A stretch of DNA of 64,000 bases from Octopus bimaculoides (lineage: Eukaryota): NCBI RefSeq assembly GCF_001194135.2, contig NC_068990.1, forward strand, positions 92,654,117 through 92,718,116. The letters run 5' to 3'. Under the pieces are notes generated by a model. That model did not search any database and had not been told where the DNA came from. It was given only the letters and a program-made list of their open reading frames with translations. The position numbers and the translations under genes are program-made. This document shows, piece after piece, positions 28,310 through 42,354 of this stretch. Position 1 is the stretch's first letter. Each line of letters begins with the position of its first letter.

Positions 28310-28640
28310 ATATATATATGTGTATGTATATACATACATGTGTGTGTATGTATGTGTCTCTCTCTCTCTATATATATGTATGTGTATATATATATACATA
28401 TATGTGTATATATATGTATACATATATATATACATATATATGTATATATATACATACATGTATATGTATATACATATATTTGTATATATATATATGTGTG
28501 TGTGTGTATATATAGATGTATATATATATACATGCATATATAGATATATATGTATGTATATATATGTCTATATGTGTGTGTGTGTGTATGTATATATACA
28601 CACACACACAACGACACACACACACATATATGTGTGTTTT
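28245..28640. repeat. Compound (TA)/(TG)/(CA) microsatellite array
   Basis: Directly visible. Similar arrays at about 13080, 13770, 14120-14240, 15390-15930, 23630-23910, 30600-31110, 34530-34690, 39830-40760 and 61980-62030. Confidence 0.95.
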
Positions 28641-28852
28641 TCATTTGTTTTATTTGATCTGAAGGCTGCTCTATTCATAGACTGGCTAACAAACAACTGT
28701 AATGGTCTCAGACTTATAATCAACTCTGTATTATTTCTTCACTATTATGTAGACACTCTCTCCGTCTTTTCTCTTTGTTATTTTCATTTCCAAAGTTAAA
28801 AATATGAAAGGTGGTCAGAAATGTAGACTGTTGATATTGTTATGTTCAGAAG

Positions 28853-28886
<34 letters not shown>

Positions 28887-29397
28887 TTCAATATATGTAT
28901 TATATATATGTATATGAATCAAAGTATTCAGTATTATAGACCTATAGCAGCCAATTTTATCAATCAGTTTCACACAGGATATTAGGTAATCAGACAATTA
29001 TCACTAACTTTGCTCATCAGAGTTGACTGGCATACAAATACACACACACACACACACACATGCACATGTAAAAAAAATTCCACAGAAGAGCTTGATAAGG
29101 TTTGTTTGCTTATAATGCAAAATTATTTGTTAGTGATCAATATAATCTAAGTAGTGCGTCTTTGTTTTATGCTGTTTTCCAACTCCCCACAACCATTACT
29201 GCAATGATATAAGCACACAAATGACACACCATAATTCTGTAACTACATCAGCCACCACGCATGCACCTCACAACAACAGCGCAATCAGATCGTTGGTTAT
29301 TTGTGATTAAAACAAGTGCCAGAAGAGTAGAAGTTTCCAACAAGCCAACCTTGTGTCCTAGTTTCAATTTCACCTTATAGCTATTCCAAATATATAT

Positions 29398-29428
<31 letters not shown>

Positions 29429-30606
29429 TGTATAATATTTCTTTATTTTATTCCCAAACCCTTCAATAAAGAAAAGCCATTAACATTACAACTCCTCATT
29501 TCACTTTGAATAGTTTGAAGCTGTCTGTGTAAGAAAGCAGGTTGTTATTATTGCAGCCAGTAACAGAATCTGCAGAGCAACAACCAAAATAAAATACATC
29601 ACTATATTTAGTTATGTTGTATTACATTTTGAGTTCAGATCCTGACCCGTTTCACAGAATATTTTATCCTTGGTGACAGTGAGGGTGAAGCATTTTCAAT
29701 CACGTACTGGAGTTAATATAATTGATTATGACCTTTCATACAAAATGTATAGGTTTGTGCCGGCAGAAATGGTAGTGTTGGACTGAATGCCTTTTAGGAT
29801 CAGCTGCCACTGAGCACTGTCCTCTTCCTTATCATTCTGAGACTTTCTGCCAAAGTTAGAAATTATTATTAATGTTGTTGTTGTTGTTATCATCCTCAAC
29901 ACCACCTTCATCATACATAGTTATGTTAAATAGCATCTGTGTAGAACCATTTGTTGCAACTTGTAAGTCTGTATGTGAACACAACAAATGAGGATGGTGG
30001 TGATATCTAAATTAAAGGAATCTCTTGTCAAACTTGTAGGACAAGTTGTGATGTCTGGGTGTCTGCAGTCACTAAAACCAGTGAATTTGGAACAAAATTA
30101 TAAATACTACTATAATTATTAATTATGATAATAACAGTAATAAAAATGATAATGATGATGATGATAAATTAAAATTAGATAAACAAATGAAACTACTACA
30201 CATTTTAAATAAAACACTACAACAAAACAAGCAAACAAAAGAAGTTCAAACTGGTTTTATATACAATTCCTGACAGTCTTTGGTGGGAAGAAGTAGTAGA
30301 AGAGGTGGGGGAGTTGCCTCGGGGTGGGTCAGATGGAATGTATGCTTATAAGAATGAATGACTTCTGACAGAAAATTGCAAAATGATAAAGAAAAAAAAA
30401 GATATATAACGATAAAAATATCTCTAAAAAAATAATAATACTATTAATTAAACTAAAGATAAAAATTCAATATTCATTGACCTTCTTCTAGTTGCATGGC
30501 AAAGAGAGATACAATTATTTCCTGTTTGTTAAGTACTAACCTCAAATGACCGAAAAAATAAAAAAAATGTCTGTTAGTCTTCAATATAATAATATAATAT
30601 AATATA

Positions 30607-30669
<63 letters not shown>

Positions 30670-31339
30670 ATATATATATAATATAACATAATCATATATA
30701 TGTATATATATATATATGTATGTATGTATATGTATGTATCCATATGTATATATATATAAATGTAAACGTGTGATACTTGTATGTGTGTGTATATATATGT
30801 ATATTTATACATAAATATGTATACATGTGTATGTGTGTATATATATATGTGTGTGTGTATATATATATATATGTATAAATATATGTGTGTGTATATATGT
30901 ATGTATAAATATATGTGTGTGTGTATATATGTATATACATGGGAATATGTATACATTTGGATATATGTATGGGTATATAATGTAGACGTTCACATATATA
31001 CATTATATTTATATACTTACATATATCTGTATGTATATATGTATATGCATATGTGTGTGTATATATATATATGTATATATATATTCATATATGTGTATAT
31101 ATATAATAAATATTTATTTTATTCCCCAACCCTTCTATAAATGTTATGTCTATCTATCGTAACAAGCTAATCTCCACCCCCACCCCCTCTTAAACATCAA
31201 ACAAAATTTTGAAAAAATTTTTAAAGAGACAAAAAAAAATAAACAACACGAATAAACTGCTCCACCCCACCCCTGCCCCCAACAAAAAAAACCAGAAACT
31301 TTTCATTGCATGTCCATCTTTCTGCTATTTTAATCTATT

Positions 31340-31412
31340 GTTACTGTTATTGTTATTATTATTATTATTATTGTTGTTGTTGTTGTTATTCTCATCATCA
31401 TCATCATCAACT

Positions 31413-31461
<49 letters not shown>

Positions 31462-31480
31462 TCCTACTACTATACTACCT
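31340..31480. repeat. Compound trinucleotide array (TTA/TTG/CAT)
   Basis: Directly visible; explains the poly-L/poly-Y ORFs. Confidence 0.95.
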
Positions 31481-31727
31481 TTCACAAAATAATTTTCTCT
31501 TTTTTTTTTTTATTTTTTATTCCATCAAGTTAAGGAAACAGAAATTCAATAATTATATTTATTGTTTTTTTTTCTTTTTATGTTATTTTTTGTTGTTATT
31601 TTCTTCTGTTTTATTTCATAATAATTGTTTTGTTTTTCTTCTGTTCTTTTCATTTTTTTAACTTACATATACACACACTCACACACAAACACACATGAGT
31701 ATGTGTATTCAAGTATGTACGTGTATG

Positions 31728-31797
<70 letters not shown>

Positions 31798-32197
31798 TAA
31801 TGTATACATGCATTCATACTATATACTATATATTATAAATAACACCACAAAATACTAGATCAAAACAAGTGTTTTCCCCTGATTTGCTGCAGTAGAGTTT
31901 GTCTAAATTTCCTAAATAGCTGCATTTCTTTTCACTATATAGAGACAGACAGACACACAGATAGTGAGGCCCTGTTCTGTCATTTTTAGCCATTTTTTTT
32001 TAGAGAACTTTCTCATTCCTCCTTCCAGCTATGGTTCATCAATTTAAAGATATATTCACAAAAAAAACAAACTTGACCAGTTGACCACCAGCTACAACAT
32101 ACATACACATGCTTAGGACATAATTTGGGGCAGCTTTTTCCCTTTTTCTTTTCCATTTTTTTTTTTAATGGTATGATAATGGTCACACATGATGATG

Positions 32198-32228
<31 letters not shown>

Positions 32229-32545
32229 GGGGATTACAGAATACCTTGTGGGTTTCATTTGACAACAAAACTTTGAGAATTGCATACTACATACAAACGT
32301 GTGTGTGTGTGTGTGTGTGGTGTATGTAAATATGTGTGCATTTATGTATGTGTGTAAATATATTTATATACATGAAATTAGTAAAGCTGAATTTATTAAT
32401 TACGATAAAATATGTGCTCAAAATTATTGTAAAATGATAATAACAAAAAATATATTTGTTCCTATGTAATTATATGTGTGAGTGTGTGTGGGTCTCAATA
32501 TATTTAAAATGTTCTTTACGTCTTTTTTTTTATTAACTTCATTAA

Positions 32546-32592
<47 letters not shown>

Positions 32593-33074
32593 TATATATA
32601 TGCACACATAAACATATACATTTAAGATATACAAATTTCACTTTTGTTGACATTTAGAAGATTAAGTTTTATCTCTTCAGTTGTACTTCAGAAGATTCTC
32701 ACAAAATTCCATCAATGTTTGCATATTTACTCTCTCTTACTTCTCTTTCGTTTCTGCTCCAAACTATAAACCCTTGCTCCCCAAATGCTGCCTGTGGAGT
32801 GCCAATTGAGAGCAGGCATCAATGCTATTTCTCTCTCTCTCTCTCTCACATGTCGACTCATCAGTAATGTCTGCTTAACTATTTCAATACCCTGAGATCA
32901 TAATTATTATGATCTCAAACTATATATTTCATGTCAAAATTATTTATTTAATCAACGCCACTAATTATTATTATTATCATTATTGTTATTATTATTATTA
33001 TTATTATTATTGGTTTCTTTTCGTTAATTTCTCATAATGTATATTTTAGTTATGATAATAATAACAATAATGGC

Positions 33075-33117
<43 letters not shown>

Positions 33118-36100
33118 CCTCATCATCATTCTGTTCTATTTTTCAGAATTCTTTATTTCATATATATATATATATATATNNNNNNNNNNNNNNNNNNNNN
33201 NNNNNNNNNNNNNNNNNNNNNNNNNNNNNNNNNNNNNNNNNNNNNNNNNNNNNNNNNNNNNNNNNNNNNNNNNNNNNNNNNNNNNNNNNNNNNNNNNNNN
33301 NNNNNNNNNNNNNNNNNNNNNNNNNNNNNNNNNNNNNNNNNNNNNNNNNNNNNNNNNNNNNNNNNNNNNNNNNNNNNNNNNNNNNNNNNNNNNNNNNNNN
33401 NNNNNNNNNNNNNNNNNNNNNNNNNNNNNNNNNNNNNNNNNNNNNNNNNNNNNNNNNNNNNNNNNNNNNNNNNNNNNNNNNNNNNNNNNNNNNNNNNNNN
33501 NNNNNNNNNNNNNNNNNNNNNNNNNNNNNNNNNNNNNNNNNNNNNNNNNNNNNNNNNNNNNNNNNNNNNNNNNNNNNNNNNNNNNNNNNNNNNNNNNNNN
33601 NNNNNNNNNNNNNNNNNNNNNNNNNNNNNNNNNNNNNNNNNNNNNNNNNNNNNNNNNNNNNNNNNNNNNNNNNNNNNNNNNNNNNNNNNNNNNNNNNNNN
33701 NNNNNNNNNNNNNNNNNNNNNNNNNNNNNNNNNNNNNNNNNNNNNNNNNNNNNNNNNNNNNNNNNNNNNNNNNNNNNNNNNNNNNNNNNNNNNNNNNNNN
33801 NNNNNNNNNNNNNNNNNNNNNNNNNNNNNNNNNNNNNNNNNNNNNNNNNNNNNNNNNNNNNNNNNNNNNNNNNNNNNNNNNNNNNNNNNNNNNNNNNNNN
33901 NNNNNNNNNNNNNNNNNNNNNNNNNNNNNNNNNNNNNNNNNNNNNNNNNNNNNNNNNNNNNNNNNNNNNNNNNNNNNNNNNNNNNNNNNNNNNNNNNNNN
34001 NNNNNNNNNNNNNNNTTTTTTTTTTTTTTTTTTTTTTTTTTTTGGTTCGTTTCTTTTTTTATTTTTCAAATTTGCTATCATTGCTGAATGCAAATGCTGG
34101 TTGTTTTTGCAGACAGATGAACCACACTAGCAGACTCTCAGGAGGCTGACCTTTGACTAATGCAACACAATATTTGGTTAGTGACCCCTAGCAGCATTAT
34201 ATACCACAAGAACTTAATTGAAATTATTCATTGGCTGATTTTGGGTAGAAAAATAAACAAAAAAAGTTATTTGCTCAGAATTTGACATCATAAAAATAAA
34301 ATATATATATATATATATTTATAATATATACATCCATACACATACATATATATGTGTATGTATGCATGTATGTATTCTATTCCAAAATTGGCCAGTGTTA
34401 TCAGTGCATATAAAATGCATTTAGCAAAACAACTGTCTTTATTATTCTCCTTAAGTGAGACAAAAAGTACAATAAACATACATACATTCAATGATCTGTT
34501 ATTATAGATACACATTTGATAATCATATATATATATATATATATGCATATACATATATTTATGTATGCATACACATATATATATATAATTATATATACAT
34601 GTGTGTATATATATATATATATATATAGATAGATATATACATATATATATAATTATGTATATGCATATATATATATATATATAATGAAATTACATTGTGT
34701 AAATGGCATACTGAGCTGTTTTAAGAAGAGATAATTTATTTTGTTAATCCTGATACCCTAATCCTGGAATATTTAAAAATCTCTATGTTTTTGCTCTGTG
34801 TTTTCATGTAATAAAATTTTGAATGTCTCCTCCTGGTTTCCTGAAAATTTTATTTAAAGCATTTTTTTCTTATTAAATAAGTTCTTTTTTCTTTTTCCAT
34901 TTTTTTTTTTTTTTTTTTTTTTTGTAATTTTAAAATTTTCCTAAAGGACAAAACAAAAATCAAGCAAAACTGAAAAAGAACAATTGTGAAACCCCTGAAA
35001 GTGGTACTATAACCAGTCTCCTCCTTTACTTCATCGCTGAAGTTTGACTTTTCAGATACAGAAGATAAGTCACCATTACAAGTTTAGTTAAAAAATCTAT
35101 TAACCATGCAAATATTTTAATATTTTTGAATCTTCCTCATCCTAATCTGATCTAAACATCCCTCTGACCCTTCCCACCAGTTTTTGCTATCACAAAATCT
35201 GAACATGTACTATTTATCAGGCTATACCATTATAGTTGTTAATATTTTCTCTTGTTTTAGTACATTCAAGATCATTTGTAAACTATTTGTGGGCCACATA
35301 TGTATAATGCTTTTAAAATCTAATAATTTTCTTTCAAATTTCTCTCAAACACACCACCACTTGTATGTAATATTTATAAAAAGAAACAAACAATTTTTTC
35401 TTTCTCCATAAAACTCTCTTTCCTGGACTTTAAAAAAGAAAACCCAAAAAACACCCAAAATGACAACCACATTTTCCATTCCAGTTTTATTATTTTTCAC
35501 TGTTGTGAATATATATATATATATATATGTATATATGTGTAGGTGTTCTTACATTTATATACATCTTCTGATGTTTTTAATACCTGCTTTTTCTTTCGTC
35601 TGGTTATCATGTAAGCAACACACTAGTCCTGCACTGCAATATTAGAAAGCTGTCATATGAAAGCTAATGCCATTGGTCGAAAATAAGAAATATATTACCA
35701 ATGGTCAAATATATGAAAGCTGATGCCATTAGTTAAATCTAAGAAATATATTGCCATTGGTTAAATACATACTCCAGTTAATTAATCATCTCTAGATTGG
35801 TTATGTGTGGCTCACATTCAAGAACAATCATTTATCGCAAAAAGAAATAAAACTACAATCATGATATTAATACAAGCCTTCTTAAATATATATTGCTCAA
35901 CGCACATTAATATCACATAGATGTCTGGTACAAAACAACACATTATTGGCAGAATGTTTGATGAAATGTTATGTATAGGATTCATATTTTGAGATATATT
36001 TTTATGGCTAAACCTTAGATTTCAGTTATTTGTTATGAACAAGTAATCATTTTATTCTTCTGCTTAAAAAATGTGCATACAAATTAGGAATCTATGAAAA

Positions 36101-36543
36101 TTGGTTTGGGGATTGAAAATGCAGCTAGTCTTAAAACAAATTGTTTTTTTTTTATTTTCTTAAGATTTATTAAAATACTATACTAGTTTCAACCATTTTT
36201 CTTTTCTTTCAAGGGTACATAAAATTTACTAAACACTTGAATTTTCAGCCTATAATTTTGTTATGAAACTTATTGAACATTTGATTTTTGAGCATGTCTT
36301 GTTGCTATAAAACCTTTTTCTCTGCATTTCCTTTTCTTTTAAATACAAGCTTTCTTATATTTTTTATTTATGATTGAAAAACAAAAAAATTGTTGAAACC
36401 AGTGTGGTATTTTGAGAAATCTAAAATAGAACTACAATTCCTTTCAAGATCCCAATGCATTTTCAACTCCAAAACCAAGTTGAATATATATAGGTGTGTG
36501 TGTATTTTGAAAAAGGAGGTGGTCAGAATTTTGTATAATTCTT

Positions 36544-36583
36544 TATTAGTGCTTTCGTCTCATTCGTGGAGACTCCTCAGATA
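36544..36583 (-). ncRNA. Minimal type-I hammerhead ribozyme (family B), inverted copy
   Basis: Minus strand reads tat-CTGAGGA-gtctc-cacgaat-gagac-GAAA-gcac-TA-ata, with the same core and stem II as 37779-37818. Confidence 0.75.
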
Positions 36584-37778
36584 TGTTTTACAGAAAATTT
36601 CTTTGCCTTTTATGCNNNNNNNNNNNNNNNNNNNNNNNNNNNNNNNNNNNNNNNNNNNNNNNNNNNNNNNNNNNNNNNNNNNNNNNNNNNNNNNNNNNNN
36701 NNNNNNNNNNNNNNNNNNNNNNNNNNNNNNNNNNNNNNNNNNNNNNNNNNNNNNNNNNNNNNNNNNNNNNNNNNNNNNNNNNNNNNNNNNNNNNNNNNNN
36801 NNNNNNNNNNNNNNNNNNNNNNNNNNNNNNNNNNNNNNNNNNNNNNNTTGTAGTTTTTACACAGGTGGCTGGTGTTAAATGACATTTTAAAATATCAATT
36901 TTGATTTTTGGAAAGAGAAAGAAAGATAGAGAAAAGTACTTCTTTTCAATTGTCTTGTATGGATGTGGTGGTGGTCAGCCTGTTGAAGTTTAATTCCAAT
37001 TCAAGATGTCAACTTTTATTTAGTCATTGGTTTTGAAAGCATTCAGAATGAAGGACTGTGGAGACAACAGATGTGGACCATGTAACAACAACAACTTTAA
37101 ATATTAGGAACAGTGGTTCCCACATAAAGTTTAAAAGCAGATTCTCCTTCTAAACAAATAAAGATATGAACTACAAGACACAGAATCTCATATACTGCAT
37201 AACGTACCCCAATTGCAAGGAAAATTATATTAATGAAACCAACAATTCTTTTTGCCAACATGCAAGAATCTGCAGACGGCAACAAAAGGAACTATGCAAT
37301 ATTTGACTGAGGAAGAATCTGGAAACATGTGAAAATGGCAAATTCAAGATTTTTCTCTTCTACAAATGCTAAAAGTTTCAAAAGGCAATGGAACTACATT
37401 TGATCAAAAAATTATCAACAAAATTAAACATTTAACAAAAGCAAAGCCAAATACATGGACACTCTTTGAAATTGAACAAGTCATAGACACTACCTTACAT
37501 AGTTAACTCATAGACCATCCCCAACTATAGACCATCCCCAACTATAACAATAAAAGCCATCCCACAGGAGAAAAAAAAAAGTAACCACTTTCTCTCTTTC
37601 TTTCTTCTTTTCTTTCTTTCATTTTGCTTCTTTTTCTTTTCTGTCTTCCTCTCTTTCTCTCCCCCTTCTTTCCTCTTTTCTCTTTCTATATACACACACA
37701 TATAACAAAACAAAACAAAAGAAAAGACATTCTCTTCAGGATTTGCATAAAAGGCAAAGAAATTTTCTGTAAAACTTA

Positions 37779-37818
37779 TATCTGAGGAGTCTCCATGAAT
37801 GAGACGAAAGCACTAATG
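37779..37818 (+). ncRNA. Minimal type-I hammerhead ribozyme (family B) in Penelope pLTR
   Basis: tat-CTGAGGA-gtctc-catgaat-gagac-GAAA-gcac-TA-atg. Intact core, perfect 5-bp stem II, stem I tat/atg (extendable with ctt/aag over a bulge). Lies 3' of a GIY-YIG relic. Confidence 0.78.
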
Positions 37819-37980
37819 AAGGATTATACAAAATTCTGACCACCTCCTTTTTCTTAATATATAAAATCTGTACATCACTTCAAACAACCTATACATATGT
37901 ATGTATATATATGTATAAATGATGTGTGTGTATATACATACATATATGTGTGTGTGTATCTATATAATTAATGAGAAAGA

Positions 37981-38902
37981 TGGAAGATACGAGAATCTCT
38001 ATTGATCACAATAATCATTTCAACCCATCCAGCATCGATCCCTTGTGGGTGGGATACTACACAACTGGTTTAGGTGTATTGCTCGGTGTAGATGTGTCTT
38101 CTCAGGTGATTTCAAGAGGTATCTCATTAAAATAAACTATTTCACACAACTTATTACTGCATGTTTTCTTCTTGGTTTTCGTAGACAGAAATGGCAAAAT
38201 GACAGATGCTGCTTCTTTCTTATAGAAGATTAATAACAATAATCAGATACAAAAGGAAACAAAATACAGCAAAAAAAATTATTATATATAACCGTTTGTA
38301 GATATGGATGTGCAAGCGCCCATACATACGTGGTCTGGTGCATGTACACATGCTCATACAAATGCACACACAGAATTAAGTAGGCATTAATAAAGTTAGT
38401 GCCAATTAATGGCAGGTGATAAAATACTGCTTGGTGAGGAATCACACATTCTGTGCTGCACTCCATTGGGTCTTACAGATGTATCTTTAAGGCACTGGTA
38501 CACTCATAAATACGGACATAAATATTGACATACACTCATACATATTCACATGGACATAATCACACAGTCCAGCATACATTGCTATATGTATACATAGTCA
38601 CGTTAACATGCGTCTATTGGTGCATCTTTGTGGGTTGGTACACATACACACATAAACACAAACACATTTCTGTACATAGTTTCTTCCACATCTGTATGAG
38701 TGTATACGAATAGGCTCATAGATGTATATACTTGTGTGAAAAAGAGTTTATTTTAATGAAATACGTCTTGAAATCACCTGAGGAGACACATCTACAGCAA
38801 GGGATACACCTAAACCAGTTGCACAGTATCCCATGCGTGGGAGATCGGTGGTAGATGGGTTGAGATGATTGTAGTGATCGATAAAGATTCTTGTATCTCC
38901 CA
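37981..38902. repeat. Inverted repeat (about 170-bp arms, about 580-bp spacer)
   Basis: 37981-38149 and 38732-38902 are diverged reverse complements (e.g. caactggtttaggtgtat / atacacctaaaccagttg). Confidence 0.85.
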
Positions 38903-39047
38903 TCACCTGTCTCTCTTGTTAATCACATACCTAATGAACACTAAGCCAATGAACGTGTTTTACCGACAAACTACCAGGTCTATACCATACAATTTATTAA
39001 CTATATATCTATTTACATAAGTATATGTGTAATTTTATATATATATA

Positions 39048-39088
<41 letters not shown>

Positions 39089-39494
39089 ATGTATGTATGT
39101 GGTAGGAAACTTGCTTCCCAAACTCATGGTTCCTGATTCAATCTTATTGCATGGCACCTTGGGCAAGTGTCTTCTACAAAGCCTTTTAAAGGAATTTGGT
39201 AGAATGAGACTGAAAGAAGCCTGTCATATATGTGTGTGTATATATATATGTGGCACGTAAAAGCACCCACTACACTCTCAGAGTGGTTGGCATTAGGAAG
39301 GGCATCCAGCTGTAGAAACTCTGCCAAATTAGATTGGAGCCTAGTGTAGCCATCTGGTTCACCAGTCCTCAGTCAAATCGTCCAACCCATGCTAGCATGG
39401 AAAGCAGACGTTAAACTATGATGACGATGTGTGTGTGTATATATATGTATGTGTGTGTTTGTATATATATGTATGTATGTGTGTGTGTGTTACA

Positions 39495-39790
39495 CAAACA
39501 GCAGAATAGGGTGCCACTGCATAGTGCCAAAAATCTCAGCACCTCCGGGTTTCAGGGGTCCCACAGCTCTTCAATATCCTTCCAAAATACCTGAGAGACC
39601 TGCATGGTGTGGATGTAAGGGTCTTCAAAGCAAAACTGGATCTCCTCCTGTCAAGGGTTCCTGATGGCAGGAAACACAGATGAGGGCAGCAGCATCAAAC
39701 TCCCTCATTCACCAAATGCCACATGTCAGAGGAGGTTCCAAATAATGGTGTAGCACAGTCAACAGTGGTGCCCCAGAATGAGCGCAGCTT
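39495..39790 (+). mobile_element. CR1/L2-group LINE 3' fragment
   Basis: FRGPQLFNILPKYLRDLHGVDVRVFKAKLDLLLSRVPD, typical of CR1-group RT C-termini. Confidence 0.62.
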
Positions 39791-40462
39791 TAAAGCTGAA
39801 ACAATTTAAAGAAATGTTTAAAAATATATATTTGTGTATATGTATATAGGTATGTATGTGTGTGTGTATATATATATATGTATATATATATATATGTGTA
39901 TGTGTATATATATATATGTATATGTATACATGCATGAGTGTATATATATCTATATGTATATATGCATGCATGTATATATATCTATATGTATNNNNNNNNN
40001 NNNNNNNNNNNNNNNNNNNNNNNNNNNNNNNNNNNNNNNNNNNNNNNNNNNNNNNNNNNNNNNNNNNNNNNNNNNNNNNNNNNNNNNNNNNNNNNNNNNN
40101 NNNNNNNNNNNNNNNNNNNNNNNNNNNNNNNNNNNNNNNNNNNNNNNNNNNNNNNNNNNNNNNNNNNNNNNNNNNNNNNNNNNNNNNNNNNNNNNNNNNN
40201 NNNNNNNNNNNNNNNNNNNNNNNNNNNNNNNNNNNNNNNNNNNNNNNNNNNNNNNNNNNNNNNNNNNNNNNNNNNNNNNNNNNNNNNNNNNNNNNNNNNN
40301 NNNNNNNNNNNNNNNNNNNNTATATATATATATATATATATGTATACATGCATGAGTGTATATATATCTATATGTATATATGCATGCATGTATATATATC
40401 TATATGTATATATGCATGCATGTATATATATCTATATGTATTTATGCATGTGTGTGTATATA

Positions 40463-40582
40463 TTAGTTTGAGGAAAAAGTTTGTGCACCGTGTTAAAATA
40501 ATGCTTTTTTATATATTTTTGTGGTGTGTGTTCATTCAATTCATTATTTTAACACTGTGCATAAACTTTTTCCTCAACCTAG
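40463..40582. mobile_element. Mariner-type MITE (about 120 bp) with TA target duplication
   Basis: TIRs of about 40 bp (ttagtttgaggaaaaagtttgtgcac... / ...gtgcataaactttttcctcaacctag) flanked by TA on both sides. The TTAGGTTG-like terminus resembles mariner TIRs. Confidence 0.72.
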
Positions 40583-40643
40583 TATATATTTGTATGTATA
40601 TATGTGTATATATATGTAATATATATACATACATATATGTGTG

Positions 40644-40676
<33 letters not shown>

Positions 40677-42306
40677 AGATATATGTATATATATATATGC
40701 ATGTATGTATATGTATGTTTATGTATATATATATTTATATATGTGTGTGTGAGTGTAGATATATGCATATGCAATCTGTGTGAGTGTCTTTTCAAAACAT
40801 TGTCTGGTTTAAAAAGCCACATCGGATGCCATGATGTTTCTAAGGTGTAGGTACAGGAAGTGGTCAAACTTTGCATAAGGAGTAGACAACCACCAAATTA
40901 TGTATGTATGTATGTATGTAGATATATGTATATGTATGTAAATATATGCATATATATTAATGTAGATATATATATATGTACATATATATATGTTTGTTTG
41001 TGCTTGTAGATAGATAAGTGTGTATATGATTGTATGCAAGTGTATATAATCATAAATAAATGCTTGTATATGCCAGCTGTTGCACAGAAACCATTTGAAA
41101 TTACATTTGGTAACGCTATAATGAAATGTAGAAGATTTCAATTTTGTGTCTCGTATTGGAAACAGTGATTGTGAAAGGAGATGAAAGTAACAAAATAACT
41201 AGTAGTTACTTTCAGAGTTAGATGTGGTGTCATACTTTAATGTATTTTGCTAACTAAACTGGAAACAGCCCTTTAAATCATTTACATGTAATATAATTAT
41301 TTACATATTTTTCCCATTAGTTATAATTCGTCAATAAATCCTGTAGTTTTTGAACTGTTTAAAAACAGCTGCAGCTGGTTTCGGTTTATATTATACTCTT
41401 CTATAATGTTTACCATTGATTCTTGTTGAAAATCTCCAGTTTCTCATTGAGATTGAAAGCACTTAACTTGTTTTGTTTTTGACACAACTGTTCAATATTA
41501 TTTATAGTAGTTTTCTTGGGGGAAGATATTTTTTATTATATAGTCAGTGGAAGACTGCCAGCCCTCATGGCCTTCGTATTTTATCCCCACTTTAGAAGAT
41601 GTTTGCCGCATACAAAATCTAGGCATTTTTAGCACCATACAATGACTTCTTTTAATTTCAAGTTGCAGGTGGTATGTAAAACGCACTATTTGAGCGCAAC
41701 CGATGCCAGTACCGCCTGACTGGCCCTCGTGCCGGTGGCACACAAAAGCACCCACTACACTCTCAGAGTGGTTGGCATTAGGAAGGGCATCCAGCTGTAG
41801 AAACTTTGCCAGATTAGATTGGAGCCTGGTGCAGCCTTCTGGCTCGCCAGCCCTCAGTCAAACCGTCCAACCCATGCGAGGATGGAAAGCGGACATTAAA
41901 CGACGATAATGATGATGATGATATACATGAAGGCACATGGCCAAAATGGTTAGGGTGTTGCACTCACAATTGCAAGATTGTGGCTTTGACTCCCAGACCA
42001 GTGATGTGGAGAGTTCTTGAACAAAGCATTTCATTTCATGTTGCTCCAGTCAAATCAGTTGTAAATTGGTGACCCTACAGTGGCATCCCATTCACAAAGA
42101 ATGGTTGCCTGCCCACCTCCTAATTTGGGGTGGCATCATTCAAAAGCTACAACAATGCAAGGAAGCACATTGTGCCCAGCGATGTTTAACAACATCCAAT
42201 TATCTGTTGAATGTAGTGAATATATACATATATAAAAAAACATTTTTTCAGAATGAGATAAAAAAAATCAAGGCTGTGATGATTTTAGAACATTTATAAA
42301 TAGAAG

Positions 42307-42354
42307 GTCTTACAGCTATTTCCAGGATATTTATTATATCCCTTCATCAGAGAC
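42307..42354 (-). ncRNA. Hammerhead-like motif (family C), left arm of palindrome
   Basis: Minus strand reads gtct-CTGATGA-a-gggatat-aataa-atatcct-g-GAAA-tagctg-TA-agac. Stem I gtct/agac, 7-bp stem II, atypical A/G apposition at the base of stem II. Confidence 0.62.

Larger units (their letters stand above)
36508..37852 (+). mobile_element. Truncated Penelope-like element: inverted 5' pLTR, decayed GIY-YIG endonuclease, 3' pLTR
   Basis: About 37045-37435 translates, with stops and frameshifts, to CGDNRCGPC...MNYKTQNLIYCITYPNCKENYINET...LETCENGKFKIFLFYK...AMELHLIKKLSTKLN, the Cys-rich GIY-YIG region of PLEs. It is flanked by about 110-bp inverted repeats (36508-36615 / 37745-37852). Gap at 36616-36847. 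Confidence 0.8.

Noticed and set aside
13014-40900. Numerous YI/HT/CV-rich and poly-L/Y ORFs in the ORF track
   Set aside because: They are translations of (TA)n, (CA)n, (TG)n and (TAA)n microsatellites, not genes.
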